DNA of 64,000 nt from Octopus vulgaris (taxonomy: Eukaryota), in contig OX597819.1 of NCBI GenBank assembly GCA_951406725.2, forward strand, positions 48,918,001 to 48,982,000. The letters run 5' to 3'. A program made the translations under genes and the position numbers. The notes below the pieces were generated by a model. The model made no database searches. It had not been told where the DNA came from and worked only from the letters and a program-made list of their open reading frames with translations. This document shows positions 25,986 through 39,675 of the stretch, one piece after another. Position 1 is the stretch's first letter, and the number at the start of each line of letters is the position of its first letter.

Positions 25986-26714
25986 GTAAAAGTATGGCTA
26001 TGCAGTTAAGAGGTTTTGTATACAACCATGTAATTTTAGGTTCTATCCACTGTATAACATCTTGTACAAAATATATCATGGCCTCTGTCAGTAGATCTTT
26101 TGTTGATGCATATGAACAAAGGATGTAAATATCAATGAAAGCCTGGTGTGTTTTTAATGAGGTCCTTAACAAGAACAAAGACCTTGTACTGAATTGCAAA
26201 TGCTTCCTTGTCTGGAATTCAGTCAACCATTAGTTGGTCTGCTGAAAAACCTGTAATCAATGATTGCTATTGCTTACCAATTGCATTATATGTATAAAAG
26301 AAATGAATAAAAATGTATTAGAATGAAATCAATCCATTTGAAGTAGGTTGCATATGGGTACAAATATTCTCTGAAACCTTCTAAGGTTTGAAAGGAGAGA
26401 CTGAGAGTGGCTTGACAATTTTAATCATTGCTGTAGATCAATCTTGGCTGAGCAGAACTATGATCAAAGGCATTTCAGCTGTGATCACCCCATACATTTC
26501 CTTTTTTTAAACATATCTAGGACTACCTCATCCAATGTGTCCTTACATCATCATCATTTAACGTCTGTTTTCCATGCTGGTATGGGTTGGACAGCTGAAC
26601 AGGAACTGGTAAGGATAGATGTTGCACCCGGTACCATAGTCTATTTTGCTTTAGTTTCTACAGCTGGATTCCCTCCCTACCACCAACCACTTTACTGAGT
26701 GTAGTGGTACGTTT

Positions 26715-27038
26715 TACGTGGCACCATCATTAATGCTTTTTATATGGCACCATCACCAGTGCTTTGTATGTTGCACCACCATCATTAATGCTTTTTATAT
26801 GGCACCATCACCAGTGCTTTGTATGTTGCACCACCATCAGTGCTTATTATGTGGCACCATCAGCAATGCTTTTTATGTGGCACCATTACCAGTGCTTTTT
26901 ATCTGGCACCATCATCAGTGCTTTTTACGTGACACCATCACCATTGTTTTTTACATGGAACTATTACCATTACTTTTTACATAGAACCATCACCAGTGCA
27001 TTTTACATGACACCAACACCAATGCTTTTTACATGTCA
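26715..27038. repeat. 26-nt minisatellite (about 12 copies) inside a family E element
   Basis: Unit GGCACCATCACCAGTGCTTTTTATGT with variants. Confidence 0.9.
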
Positions 27039-27714
27039 CTTGAATTTTAGGATATCATTTTCTCTTTTAAAAATGTTGATGTGTGATTTAAAGGATATTT
27101 GGCTGTTACTTCTAGTAGGTTGTGTAACCACTTAGAGATTCTCTCACTGGAAATTTTAAGTTGTGGTAGAGAATATGGCTTTGCAAAGTAATGAATGGAG
27201 AAAGGTGGTTGTTGTTGTGGGGGGGGGGATTGTGTTAATCAAATAAGCACTAGAATATATTTTTCTTCATTATTATGCCTCAAACAATGAAAGGCAAAAA
27301 TAGAATTCAATGAATATTTTTCAAAGCTGACTCCTGATCTATATCAGGCACTTTCTTCACAAACAGATATTACCAATATATATATAGTGCAATTTTAACT
27401 AACAGCATATCAGTAGCAAGATGCAGCTTTTAAAGCATATTTATATTACTATGAAATATTTACCCTTAATTATGGTGCAGGCATGGTTGTGTGGTTAAGA
27501 AGCTTGCTTCCCAACCACATGGTCTCAGGTTCAGTCCCACTGGGTGTTTTTTGGGGCAAGTGTCTTCTGATATATCTCTGGGCCAATTAAAGCCTTGTGA
27601 GTGGATTTGGTAGACAGAAACTGAAACAAGCCTGTCTGACATGAAAGGACTGAAAGGGAAGGGGTAGCAGAGAACTGTGCAAGACAGCTAGAAGAGAAAC
27701 TGCACTAACTTCCC

Positions 27715-29660
27715 TAGAGACTACCATATAACAGAGCAAGGAACTCTGTTGATAGCTTTCTCCAGGTCGATGAAGGCTAAGTATAATGGCTTACTTTTGA
27801 CCAAGTACTTTTCCTGCAGCTGTCTCACTAGGAAGATGGTATCTGTGGTACTCTTCCCAGGTACAAAACCAAACTGCATCTCATGTAGTTTAATTCTATT
27901 CTTAATCAATTGAGTTATATCCCTCTCAGTAACTTTCACGACTTGGTCTAGCAATTTAATGTTTCTGTAGTTGTTTTTATCTAAGGCATTACCTGCACCC
28001 TTGTAGCAGCTAACTATAATACTACTACACCAATCATTGGGGATGGTGCCTTCCTGAATAACCTGATTAACTATATAGGTGGCTAAGCTGTAACCTACTC
28101 TGCCAAAACTTTTAATCATCTCAGCAGTGATTCCTGATGGCCCAGGGGCTTTCCTGTCTTCATGTCCTTAATTACCTTATCTATTATACTGCTATCAACT
28201 CTGATGGCTGGTCTCTCAATTGGTTCAATATTTGGTAGACTCTCCTTTTTCCATTCATTTTCCATATTTAGTAACTTTTCATAGTGACACTTCTATGAAT
28301 CTTTCTTCTCTGAGTCACTAAGTTCAAGCATACCATTATCCATTCACACACATTTCTCATCTACCACATCTTTATTCTCACTGATACACTGCTTTGCAAT
28401 CCTGAATACCACAGGCCTCTGATCCTTAAGCTGTAGAACATTTGCAAATCTCTTGCCTTCAGCTACTCTTTTTGCTATGTATACCTGGCACCTAGCTGCC
28501 CTTTCGGCTACCTGATATAATTCTCTGCTTCCACCATTTTTTCCAGTTTTTCCAAGCTTAACTTTTTGCTTTTATAGCACTGTCAACCTCCTTGCTCCAC
28601 CACCATGTCACCCTTGGTCTAGCTGGGACTCTGCACCAACCACAGATTTTGTCTTTAGCCCTCAGTAGATTGTCCTGCAGGAACTTCCAATTGTTCTATA
28701 AGCTGTATGTCCCCAACTCTTTCACTCTTTCATCAGAAGCTTCTATTAATAAATCTCTAAAGTTTTGCTGGGTCTTTGAGCTTCCATAGTCTTCTTTTGC
28801 TGGGTCTTTGAGCTTCCATAGTCTTCTTTTCCAGATTGGTTTATTTCTCCAAGTCTTTCTAGCTCTAATTTTGAAGTCACTAGCTAGTAACCTATGTTGG
28901 GTTGTACCCTCTTCACCAGGGAAAGACATTGCATTTTTAAGCATCCATCTATTTAATTGCCTGGTAAGGAGGTAGTCAACCTGGCTTATGTGCTCACCAA
29001 ACTGATAAGTGATTAGGTGGCTGGCTGGTTTCTTTGAAGTTAGTGTTGCAGATCATGAGATCATTTGCATCACAGGACTCCAGCAGTCTTGTTCCCTTCT
29101 CATTTCTAGATCCAAAGCCATAGCCCCCATGCATTCCTGGGTATCCATAAGGATGCTGTCTGACATGTCCATTGAAGTCACCAGCCACAATAACAAAGTC
29201 TCTGTCATTTGTCATTAAGGTGGTCTGCAAAAGGACTTCATAAAATTGGTCCTTCTGCTCATCAGTCAGCCCAGATTGAGGAGCATAGGCAGAGACAAAT
29301 GTAACTGTTAATTTATCTATGATAAATCTCATCTCAATTACCCTGTCACATATTCTGACTACCTCAATTACCTTATCTATCCACTTTTCTGCTAACAGTA
29401 TGCCTACACCACCTACCCCATCCTTCCTGCCAACCCAGAAGAATTTGAATCTCTAACTCTTACTCGTGAGGAATCTAGCTGAAGCTCTCCTCCATCTTAT
29501 TTCTTGCACACCACACACACATCAACATGATGTCAATCCATCATTTCAATAATCTCCCCACTCCTCCCTTTCATTGTGCCAACATTGATGGTAGTGGCCC
29601 TGAGACTGTGTACTTGTGAGTGGTGGTGGCAAAGTAGTTGTGGAAATGTTGTCATTACCT
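27715..29660 (-). mobile_element. RTE-clade LINE, endonuclease plus RT N-terminal half, inactivated
   Basis: TINVGTMKGR..VQEIRWR, FVSAYAPQ, VAGDFNGHV, QHRLL, NYRNIKLL, QFGFVPGKSTTD, AFIDLEKA. Stops and frameshifts; 32-nt tandem duplication at ~28763-28827; ends before the ADD motif. Confidence 0.92.
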
Positions 29661-29849
29661 GAAACTAAGAGTTTTGGTCTATATTTTACTCAGTGAAATA
29701 CAATGAATCACAGTTTCCCTCCATGTCATCCAACATCAAGAGCAAGAGCCAACAAATGGGTATGACAATAGGGTGGTTACATAGGTAGTTTAAGTATTAT
29801 ATGCCTAAATACCTATATATGAAGTACCTTTAACTGTATATGACACTCA

Positions 29850-30561
29850 TCAGGGCGTCTGTATGCGGGTATAAGGGTATAATCAAAATATGTTTTCACA
29901 CACACAGCACAAGAAGCCATACCAAAATTAGATAAAAATATCTTGAAATACTAAACAGTAAATTTATTTAATAAAATCGTCATTGGCTTCAACCACAGCC
30001 TCCAGATGACTTCAGAATCTCCTGCAACTCTTCTGGACAGTCTCCTTGTTTAAGTTGGTGAATGCTGCCATAATCTTTGCCTTTAGTTAATCTTTGGTAT
30101 TGCAAGGAGTTTTGTTGGTCTCTCGCTCAACTGTGCCCCAGCAACCACCCTCTTGACTCAGGCAGCACTACCTCCTCCAAGCACTCGAGTTTGAGGCCAT
30201 GTGGGAAGATGAATAGAGGCATAACGTCACCATCACTAGTGATCACTCCAAACACTATGATGTTGACTGGATGTTTGATTTTTATCACTCTCAGTACATG
30301 TCCTCATATTACACTGTCCTCAGATTGACACCCAAACTCTCTGAAATGTTTGTATTGGAGATTCTGGCACAAATGTCAAGCAGTACAGCATGTCATTTCC
30401 AAATTTCTGGCAGAGTGAATTGTGTCATGGTGCTGTTTTTCTCACAGACAGTGCCCAACTGACCCTACTATATTGTGCAGTTGATAAAATCAAAAACAAA
30501 CAATGCACATGCGCAAAATAAAAAATATAAAATGGTAACAATTTACACATCGCACCCTGTA
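29850..30561 (-). mobile_element. Deleted Tc1/mariner-superfamily element
   Basis: TACAGGGTG terminus at 30561. Minus-strand remnants KHPVNIIVFGVITSDGDVMPLFIFPHGLKL and KIMAAFTNLNKETVQKSCRRF*SHLEAVVEANDDFIK*. Confidence 0.8.
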
Positions 30562-31765
30562 CACACATACATTTGCATATACATGCATGCACATGTGCAT
30601 ACTTATACATGCAAGGGGGAGTAATAAACAAAGAAGTCAAGCAAAGGAGAGTAGTCTAAAGTAACAAGTTATTTATTGAGATGTAGACACATGCACGCAC
30701 ACACACAGGTAATATATATTTAACATTACAATTAACTAACACATCAGGTCAATTAACAACTAATGTATAACTGCCAAGCCCAGATTTCTGATACATCTTT
30801 CCTAACAGCCACAGCTATTGTACTTGTTAATGTGATGTGACACTGGTTGGTGTATTTGCCGAGAAAATTAAATATATTTTCAAAGGTGGGAGAACAATAG
30901 CTTACATAATTTATAGAACTTATTGGAACCAGGACAATATAACAACAATTACACTGACATAAATATAGGTTTATTCATATATTAATAAATGCATAAATAT
31001 TCACACATAGGTACAATATACATACAGTTTTGTTCTACAATAAAACTTGACTGTAAAAATCTATATTTGAGCTTGTTATACTCATCCAGCTTAATGTATT
31101 GATTTACCAAGGTTGTTTTTGAATAAATATCAAAAGATTCTATTTAATTTCTTCTAGAAATTACTGTTTAGGTTGCTTCTAATTATAATCAACTTACGTA
31201 TGAATTTATTATCTAGAGACATCAGAAAATATCCCAGGGATGCCGAGTGCTTGGAGAACACAGTCAAGTGCAGCCTAATATACTTAAATGTAATAACCCG
31301 AAAAGAATTCTTAATCAAGTTAAATTATGTATATATAGTGGAAAGAAAAGTCATTACTGACAATGACAACTGTCAATGACAATTATCGTCAAGGATAACA
31401 AGAAGAACTTTGATGGGGAAATTTAAATTGCTTAAAAATTTAGAGGTGTGGGAAGTATGGTCACTGGTAATTACTGTGAAAATTCCAGGCAAGGTGTGTT
31501 GTGTTTAACTCATTGCTGTCAACATCACTTAATGTCCACTTTTTCATGCTTGCATGAGTCAGACAAAATTTGTTGAGATGGATTTTCTACAGCTGGATGC
31601 TCCTCCTGTCACTAACCCTCACCTGCTTCCATGAAAATATGTCTGGTCACATTTTCATGGAAGACTGGAAACAAAGGACACCACTTACATGAGGATGACA
31701 TTTATTTACAGCTATCATACGATGTCAAAGTAAGAAGACAGTAACACATATATTTATACACACAT

Positions 31766-32062
31766 AAGAGAACCATCCGAACGTGGCCATAGCCAGCACC
31801 GCATCGACTGGCCTCCATGCTGGTGGCACGTAAAAAGCACCATCTGAGCGTGACCGTTTGCCAGCCTCATCTGGCACATGTGTCAGTGGCACATAAAAAG
31901 CACCCACTACACTCACGGAGTGGTTGGCATTAGGAAGGGCATCCAGCTGTAGAAACACTGCCAGATCTGATTGGCCTGGTGCAGCCTCCTGGCTTCCCAG
32001 ACCCCAGTCGAACCGTCCAACCCATGCTAGCATGGAAAGCGGACGTTAAACAATGATGATGA
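31766..32062 (+). mobile_element. Family E element
   Basis: Same modules and (GAT)n tail. Confidence 0.85.
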
Positions 32063-32064
32063 TA

Positions 32065-33275
32065 CATCGTCGTCGTCATAATTTAACATCCATTTTCCAT
32101 GCTAGCATGGATAGTTTGACAGGGGTTGGCAAGTCAGAAGACTGCACCAAGCTTTACTGTTTGCTTAGATATGGTTTCTATAGTTGCATGCCCTTCCTAA
32201 TACCAACCACTTTACAAAAGTGTATCAAAAGTGTATGCCATTTATGTGGCAACAGTGAGGTCAACAAGTAACTAGCAAGAGAAGACTCCTGAACAGAGGC
32301 TTTGTGACGAGAGGTTTGAGTGTGAATAGAGAGTCAGAAATAGGTGTCTTGCAGTGAAGGGACACATGGCTACTTCATCTGGAAAGAAAGGAGGAGAGAG
32401 AGAAGAGAGATGATGAAGGTGTGATAGTGGGGTTGAGGGGTGCATTCACATTACAGGGAGGTGTACATAAGTGGAACCAAGGACTGGATAGGGTGAATGG
32501 GTGGGTATGTTTGCAAGATTGTGAGAGGAGAGTGAGAGATGCAAGCAGAGGGCATGTTGTGAGTTGACACAAATAAAGGGAGGGTATGTTTGGAGGATAT
32601 GTTGTGGAGAAAAGATTCAAATGGGACACATTGTGTGCATGTAGGTTCATGAGGGCACAAAGGGAGAGTGGGAGATAGAGGTTTGTCAGGGACAGATTGT
32701 ATGCAGGGGCATGGACAGAAAGAATATCCCTTTATGGCCTTGGTTTTATTAAACTTGATGTGTCTTCTCAAGCACAGCAATCTACCAATCTTCTCACTCT
32801 TTTGTCATCTCCTCTGCGAGGCTCAATATCTGAAGATCATTTTTCACCACTTCTTCCCACATCTTCCTAAGTCTTCCTCTTCCACAGGTTTCCACTACAT
32901 TTAAAAATTGGCACTTTATGCAAATGTCATCCAAATGCATCACATGACCATACCAGAACAGTCTCCTCCTTTGCATACCACATCTGATGCCTCTTATATC
33001 CAATTTTTCTCTCAACATATTTACATTTTATCTTACATGCACACTGACCTTGCACATCCAGCAGAACATGCTGGCTTAATTTCTTTCAAGCCTTCACATG
33101 TCCTCTGTGGTCACAGCCCACTTCTCACTACCATGTAGCATAGCTGTTCATACACAAGCATCATACAATCTGCCTTTCACTTTAAGGGAGAGTCTTTTGT
33201 TACCAACAAAGGTACTGGCTCTCTGAACTTTCTCAAGCCAGTTCTAATTCTAGCAACTACACTTTCCAAGCACCT
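32065..33275 (-). mobile_element. 5'-truncated RTE LINE 3' portion
   Basis: ORF end LREKLDIRGIRCGMQRRRLFWYGHVM..GRGRLRKMW followed by 3' sequence ending in a (GAT/GAC)n-type tail. Confidence 0.8.
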
Positions 33276-33289
33276 AGTTTAAACTATGA

Positions 33290-34765
33290 ACACATAAAAA
33301 GTGCAGTGGAATCACAGGTAGATTAACAGATAAAGTCGTCTTTGTATGGGTAGATGTGCAAGAACAATAATCACTAATAGCACATGGGAATTAGATTTTC
33401 TCAAATTCCCAGGAGGCTCTCTTGAGGTTGTAGATAGTTTCTGTTACCTAGGTGACTAAATTAGCAATGGTAGAGGATGCTCTGAAAGTATTGTTTTTAG
33501 AATAAGAATTGGGTTGAGGAAGTTTAGAGAGCTATTATCTCTGTTGGCAACAAAAGGACTCTCTCTCTCTCTCTCTCAGAGTGAAAGGTAGATTGTATGA
33601 TGCTTGTTTGTGAACGGCTATACTCCATGATTGTGAGACATGGGCTCTGAATCTGGAAGACATGTGTAGACTAGAGAGGAATGAAGGTAGTATGCTCTGT
33701 TTGTATAAATGCTCACTGATGTTGCATATCAAAGTGCAAATGTATTGAGAGCAACGTTGGGCATAAGAGGAATCAAATGTAGCATGCAAGAGAGAAGACT
33801 ACATTGGTTTGGACATGTGCTGTGTATGAATAAGGACAATTGCATAAAGAAGTGCCAATCACTGAAAGTGGGTGGTACCGGCAGAAGAGGGCGACCCAGG
33901 AAAACGTAGGGTGAAGTGGTAAGGACCAATCTCAGGATGTTGGGCCTCTTAGAGGAAAGGACAATGGAATGGACTGAGATGTCTGGCAATATGAGGTTCT
34001 CGAGAAGACCCGCCCATGTCAGCGAAACTGAGTTGTAGAAGTGCTGGGTGTCCCACCCACACTTAACAAGAAAACTTCTCACACACTCTACCACAACAAA
34101 CCAAACTACATCTCTACATGCACTATGTTTACCTCACACTCCCCAATCCTGTCCTCTTGACCCTGTCTCACTGTATCATTGCTCTCCGCTAGCCTCTGAC
34201 CTGTGTGCTCCACCCACATGTAACAAGAAAACTTGTCATTGCTATGGGTAACCATGTATTTCCTTTGCAGTAGCGTACCTGTTTCTGTCTTCATTCCTGA
34301 TCTCTCTCTCGCTCTACAGCTGGGTAACTTTGTACCTCCTCTACAGCAAGACACCTGTTTCTGTCTCTGTCTCACTATAACCTTTCATCATCTGACACAA
34401 GATCACCTCCTGTAATGCCCCCTCTCCTCTCAAAAGATTTTAATCTAGCAGGTTGCTTGGTGACCCTGTCAGTGCAGGTGACACTTAAAAAGCATCCAGT
34501 CCATATTGCAAAGTGGTTGGCATTTGGAAGGGCATCTAGCTGTAAAAAAAACTTGCCAAAACTGACCTCGCCTGTGCTTATGCCACATAAAAAACACTAA
34601 ATCCATTCTGCTGAGCTGTTGGTGTTCGGAAGGGCATCCAGCTTTAAAAACCCTGCCAAAACAGTTGCAGAAGTCTCATGCAGGCTTCTGCCTGGCCAGC
34701 TCTTGTCAAACCATCCCACCCATGCCAGCATGGAAAACAGACGTTAAAAAATGATGATGATGATG
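33290..34765 (+). mobile_element. 5'-truncated RTE LINE 3' portion
   Basis: VVDSFCYLGD..., LRATLGIRGIKCSMQERRLHWFGHV..GRGRPRKT, then 3' sequence ending GACGTTAAAAAA(TGA)n. Confidence 0.85.
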
Positions 34766-35890
34766 TCTGTTAAAATGAGATGTCAGTGTTCTTTTCATTT
34801 TTGCGTAATTTAGGCGACAGTTTATTCATTGCTCTCCCTGTATATATATATATATATATATGTATGTATATCATCTATACACACACACACATACAGTGAG
34901 GGAGAGAGTTATTATTTCCAAGCAAGTTTAAGAATAACAATGGAACATTTACTGTTGTGGTAACTGAATACAGAGAGCAGGGTTAAATATTTTGGTAAGT
35001 TCATATTGGCCAAAGTGTGTGTGTATGTGTGTGTGTGTGTACATAATTATGATTAAGATAACTCATGTTAGTTTATGAATCTACATTTTTAAAAATCTTT
35101 AAGGGAAAATCAACAAAATAAAATGATAGCTTATACATATATATGTATGTGTGTATGTATGTATAAGTTTTTAATAATATTTTAAAGCCAAAACCTTCAA
35201 ATAATAAAAAAAATTATAATAGAAGAGAAATCAGCTAACAACACCTTCTAACAACAGCCTGAAATATTGAAATACCAGGTAAAAGTATAAACCATCAACC
35301 TATATTATTAATACTATTTTTATAACTTTCTTTGTTTTGGCTTTAAAAAAGCAAAAAAGAAAAAAAGAACATATACACATGATTGTGTTTGACTCACAGA
35401 AATCCTCAGCTTGTCAGTTAGTTTAGTATAAGTTGAAGTGTTTATGATATTAATTTACTATGGCTTAGCATAAGTATTAATGTTGTTAACAGATCTGTCA
35501 TGTTGCTTTCAGTATGAACTTCACTCTTCACATTTCTTGTAATACATTTATGTGTAAGGTTATTTGATATTCGCTTGTCTTACGATTGATTTGCTGTTGA
35601 GTGCCAGTGAGTAGAAAATATTTGTCTGACATCAAACACACGTTAGCACATGTATGCAAGAGAGATGACTACACTGCCATAGGCAATAGATGAAATGGAT
35701 TCATGCATGCTAAAGGAAACAGTATTGTAAGTCTGCAGTGTATATAACTTATAAAAGACAGGTAACATTTGGGAAAGCAATTTGAGAAGATTTAAAGATT
35801 TGAGAATGTCACAAAGGAAATAATGCATGTTCAAAAGCTCGTTGAAATATACAGTATTGTAGTGTCCATGCCAATACCTCACTTGTTCCT

Positions 35891-35930
<40 letters not shown>

Positions 35931-36677
35931 CCCTTCACACAATTAATATCAAAGCGATGATAATGATGATAATTAACATGTGTTTAGACTGTTGCACAAT
36001 TGTTTGTTAGGTATACTTTAAGTAGGCAGCTGTGAGTAAGTGTAGTTAATTAGGTAATTAGTAAGTATAGGTAATTATTTAATTGTACACTGTGACTGTT
36101 TATTGTAGTAGAGAAAATTGGTTGTGACTTTCTAAACACATGTTGTCCAACAAACCTGTTTTACTCCACAAAGGCCAGATATTGCTTGTTGTAGTTTGTA
36201 TCAGGGATTTAAAACTCCATGATCCTGCTTTTATTTTTAACTCAACAAGTTAAATTTTCATTCCAACAATATCACATACCATTTATTGTTGTGATCTGCG
36301 TATGATCAAATGTATCTTGGGACAGGAAGGAAAAAAAAGAAAATTTTTTAATATAATATTTTATTCTTATCAAAGAATTTTCAGAGAAGTAAACAAAAGC
36401 TGGTTTAAAAATTTTTCTTTTTTTAATTATAAGTTTATATTCTTTGTTTTGTCTATGGTCTTCAGTTGAAATAGAAGAGATGTTTTGGAAATATCATTTG
36501 CAATAGATATGGCTATGTGTGTTAGGAGTTTGATTCATAACTACAGTTTTATTTTCAATCTCACTGTAAGGCCTTTTGGATAAGCGTCTTGTACCATAGC
36601 TTTAGCTCAACCTATGTGAGTGAAATTTGGTTGATGGAAACTGTAAAGAAGAAGCCCATGTGTGTGTGTGTGTGTAT

Positions 36678-36720
<43 letters not shown>

Positions 36721-37139
36721 TAATGCAAATTTTATTTGCATTACTTTTTGACTCGCTCTTGTCTCTGTTTGTGTGTATGTGTATGTGCGCATATGCATGT
36801 GTGTTTGTCTCCTTGTGTCTTCTCATCAACACTGCTTTTGACTTTGGTACACAATTGTCTATGTCCTGAATAAGCACAGAAAACATCAGTGGCTGGAAGA
36901 TTCAACATCTAGCGACTACTGATCATTGTGTTCCTGTACCTTACGGGGATCAAAATAAGGCGTTAGAAAAGGCATCAAGTCGTAGAATCTTGCCTCAAGA
37001 TGTATTTCCAGCATGGGAAAAGCAAGCATAAAAATGAATAGTATGACAGCAATGGTGGTGATGATGATGATGGCAATAGTGGTGATGATAATGACTTAAT
37101 CTCTCATTCATTTAACACTATTATTATTATCATTATTAA

Positions 37140-38022
37140 TATTAAGACAGCAAGCTGGCGGAAACATTAGCATGCTGGGCAAAATGCTTAGTATTTCACC
37201 TGTTGCTATGTTCTGAGTTCAAATACAGCTGAGGTTGGCTTTGCTTTTCATCGTTTTTGGCTCAATAAAATAAACACCATTGAAACACTGGCATCATTGT
37301 AATTGACTAGTTCCCTCCCTGCAAATTTCAGGCCTTTTGTAGTAAAGGATTATTATTAGTATTAAGGTGGTGAGCTGGCAGAATCATTACCGCGCTGGAC
37401 AAAAATTATCAGTGGTATTGTGTTCAAATCTTGCTGAGGTCAATTTTGCCTTCCATCCTTCTGGGGTTGATGAAAAAGTACTTGGCAATCACTGGATCGA
37501 TGTAATTGACTATCCCCTCCCCCGAAATCTCAGGTTTTGTACCTATGGTAGAAAGGATTATTATTAAAATTTATTATTATTTGTCCCCCTCATCCTTTGC
37601 CCTTGTGTCAAATAAATGAAATCATCATCATTATTATTATTATTGTTATTATTATTATTATTTATTCTGCCGAGGTCAACTTTGCCTTTTATCCTTTTGA
37701 GGTTGATAAATTAAGTGCTAGTGAAACACTGGGGTCAATGTAATCAACTAGTACCCTCCCCCAAATTTCAGGCCTCTTGCTTAAAGTAGAATGGATTTTT
37801 ATTATTATTATTATTATTATTATTAAGGCAGTGAGTTAGCAGAATTGTTAGTATGCTGGGTAAAATGCTTAGTGGTATTTCGTCTGTCATTGTGTTCTGA
37901 GTTCAACTTTGCTTTTCATCCTTTTGGGGTTGATAAATTAAGTACCAGTGAAACACTGGAGTTGATGTAATCAACTATCCTCTCCACCAAAGTTTTGGGC
38001 CTTGTGCCTATAGTAGAAAGGC
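37140..38022 (+). repeat. Head-to-tail array of family B SINEs (about 4 units) joined by (ATT)n
   Basis: Units start near 37143, 37363, 37665 (5'-truncated) and 37823. Confidence 0.85.
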
Positions 38023-38272
38023 TCCTCCTCCTCCTCCTACTACTACTTTTGATGTCTTTCTGAGAACTGTTTCCCTCAGGAGTTGACTCCTACAAACCTC
38101 TGACTATTGACTATTGAAGAGGTTGCAAGAAGCAATGAAAATTTTAGTAAAAATAAATAAGTAAATGACTGGAAATTGAACCAGTGAGTGTGTTAATTAA
38201 TAAGGCATTAAAACAGAATGACTCCCCAGACACAATAAAATATATATTTATATCTATAGCTATATGTCTGTC

Positions 38273-38311
<39 letters not shown>

Positions 38312-39148
38312 CTTGCACCATTATATGTAGACAATTTCTCACTTCTAATGATATATTTGTACCACTAACAAACAAATACTTCACAACCAGTGTGAGAACT
38401 TTAACATTTTTCTCGTAATATTCAATTATGTACTATCAATATAAATCATTGATTAAAAAAAAAAAGGAAAAGAAAAGCTATTTATTATTTATTGTATAAA
38501 ATAAATTTCATATTGATTATTATAGAATGTATTCTGGCCTTGTACCAAAATTTGAAACCATTCTTATAGAATATTTTTTTATTAAGAAATTTAAAATAAA
38601 ATATATAAAGTTGTATTGTTACTTACAGATATGAACACAAAAAGGCTCCTGTCGAAAAAAAATTTTTTTTATTCGAGGACATCTTTTTTTCTATAAGATT
38701 CTTTTTGTGTCTGTATTTATATATTAAACTAAGCAACTTTATCTTTTAGCTTTTATTTATTTCAGTCACTGGGCTGCAGCCATGCTGGGGGCACTGCATT
38801 GAAGGGTTTTAGTTGAACATATCAAATCCCAATTTCATTGATCTTATTTGCCAAAGAGCTAAGTTATGTGGATGCAAAAACAAACCAACACTGGTTGTTA
38901 AGTGGGGGTGGGGGTGGATGGCAACCACATTCAGACACACACTCACGCAGTTGATAAAGGAAATGGAAGAAAGATTTAGTACGAATCTTTATTAAGCACA
39001 TTTCAACTCCTCCTGCATCTGTTCCATAGGGGTAGGATATCGTGCATCTGGTTGTGTTGCATCAACCAGTGCAGGCTGTGTCACTTTAGGTACTTGGTAC
39101 AGAAAAAATATCCCATACATATATATACTGAGATCTACTTGGTATGTT

Positions 39149-39595
39149 CATCATCATCATCATCGTTTAACGTCCGTTCTCCATGCTAGCATGGGTTGGA
39201 TGGTTCGACCGGGGATCTGGGAAGCCAGAAGGCTGCACCAGGCTCCAGTCTGATCTGGCAGTGTTTCTACAGCTGGATGCCCTTCCTAACGCCAACCACT
39301 CCGTGAGTGTAGTGGGTGCTTTTTACGTGCCACCTGCACAGGTGCCAGGCGAGGCTGGCAACGGCCACGATCGGATTGGTGCATTTTACGTGCCACCGGC
39401 ACGGAAGCCAGTCAAGGCGGCACTGGCATCGGCCACGATTCGGATAGTGCTTTTTACATGCCACCGGCACGGAAGCCAGTCGAGGCGACGCTGGCATCGG
39501 CCATTATTCGGATAGCGCTTTTTACGTACCACCAGTCCAGGGGTCCTAGCAACTGCCGGGTGCCAGTCATAGGATTGGTTCAATTTCGATTCCGA
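39149..39595 (-). mobile_element. Non-autonomous RTE-related element with (GAT)n tail and internal 63-68-nt tandem module (family E)
   Basis: Shares GGAAGGGCATCCAGC and CCATGCTAGCATGG..GACGTTAAAC(GAT)n with the end of the 33290-34765 RTE; CpG-rich, so probably young. Confidence 0.8.
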
Positions 39596-39675
39596 TTTCG
39601 ATATGTTGTTATATATATCGTCAATGTCTCACATATCCAATAAAGAAGCACACTCTAAAGCATAGAGCAGTAAAG

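Noticed and set aside
26718-27135. His/Cys-rich repetitive ORFs and CRISPR-like periodicity
   Set aside because: 26-nt minisatellite with no unique spacers, no cas genes, eukaryotic context.
35180-35348. 15-bp inverted termini TTTTAAAGCCAAAAC
   Set aside because: Probably a small MITE relic; single copy in the window and nothing else to support a call.
35695-35732. Possible first coding exon MDSCMLKETV with GTAAGT donor
   Set aside because: Short, unsupported and compatible with chance occurrence.
39183-39643. GC-rich overlapping ORFs (also at 31725, 44330, 56425, 62394)
   Set aside because: The same peptides recur at every family E repeat copy.
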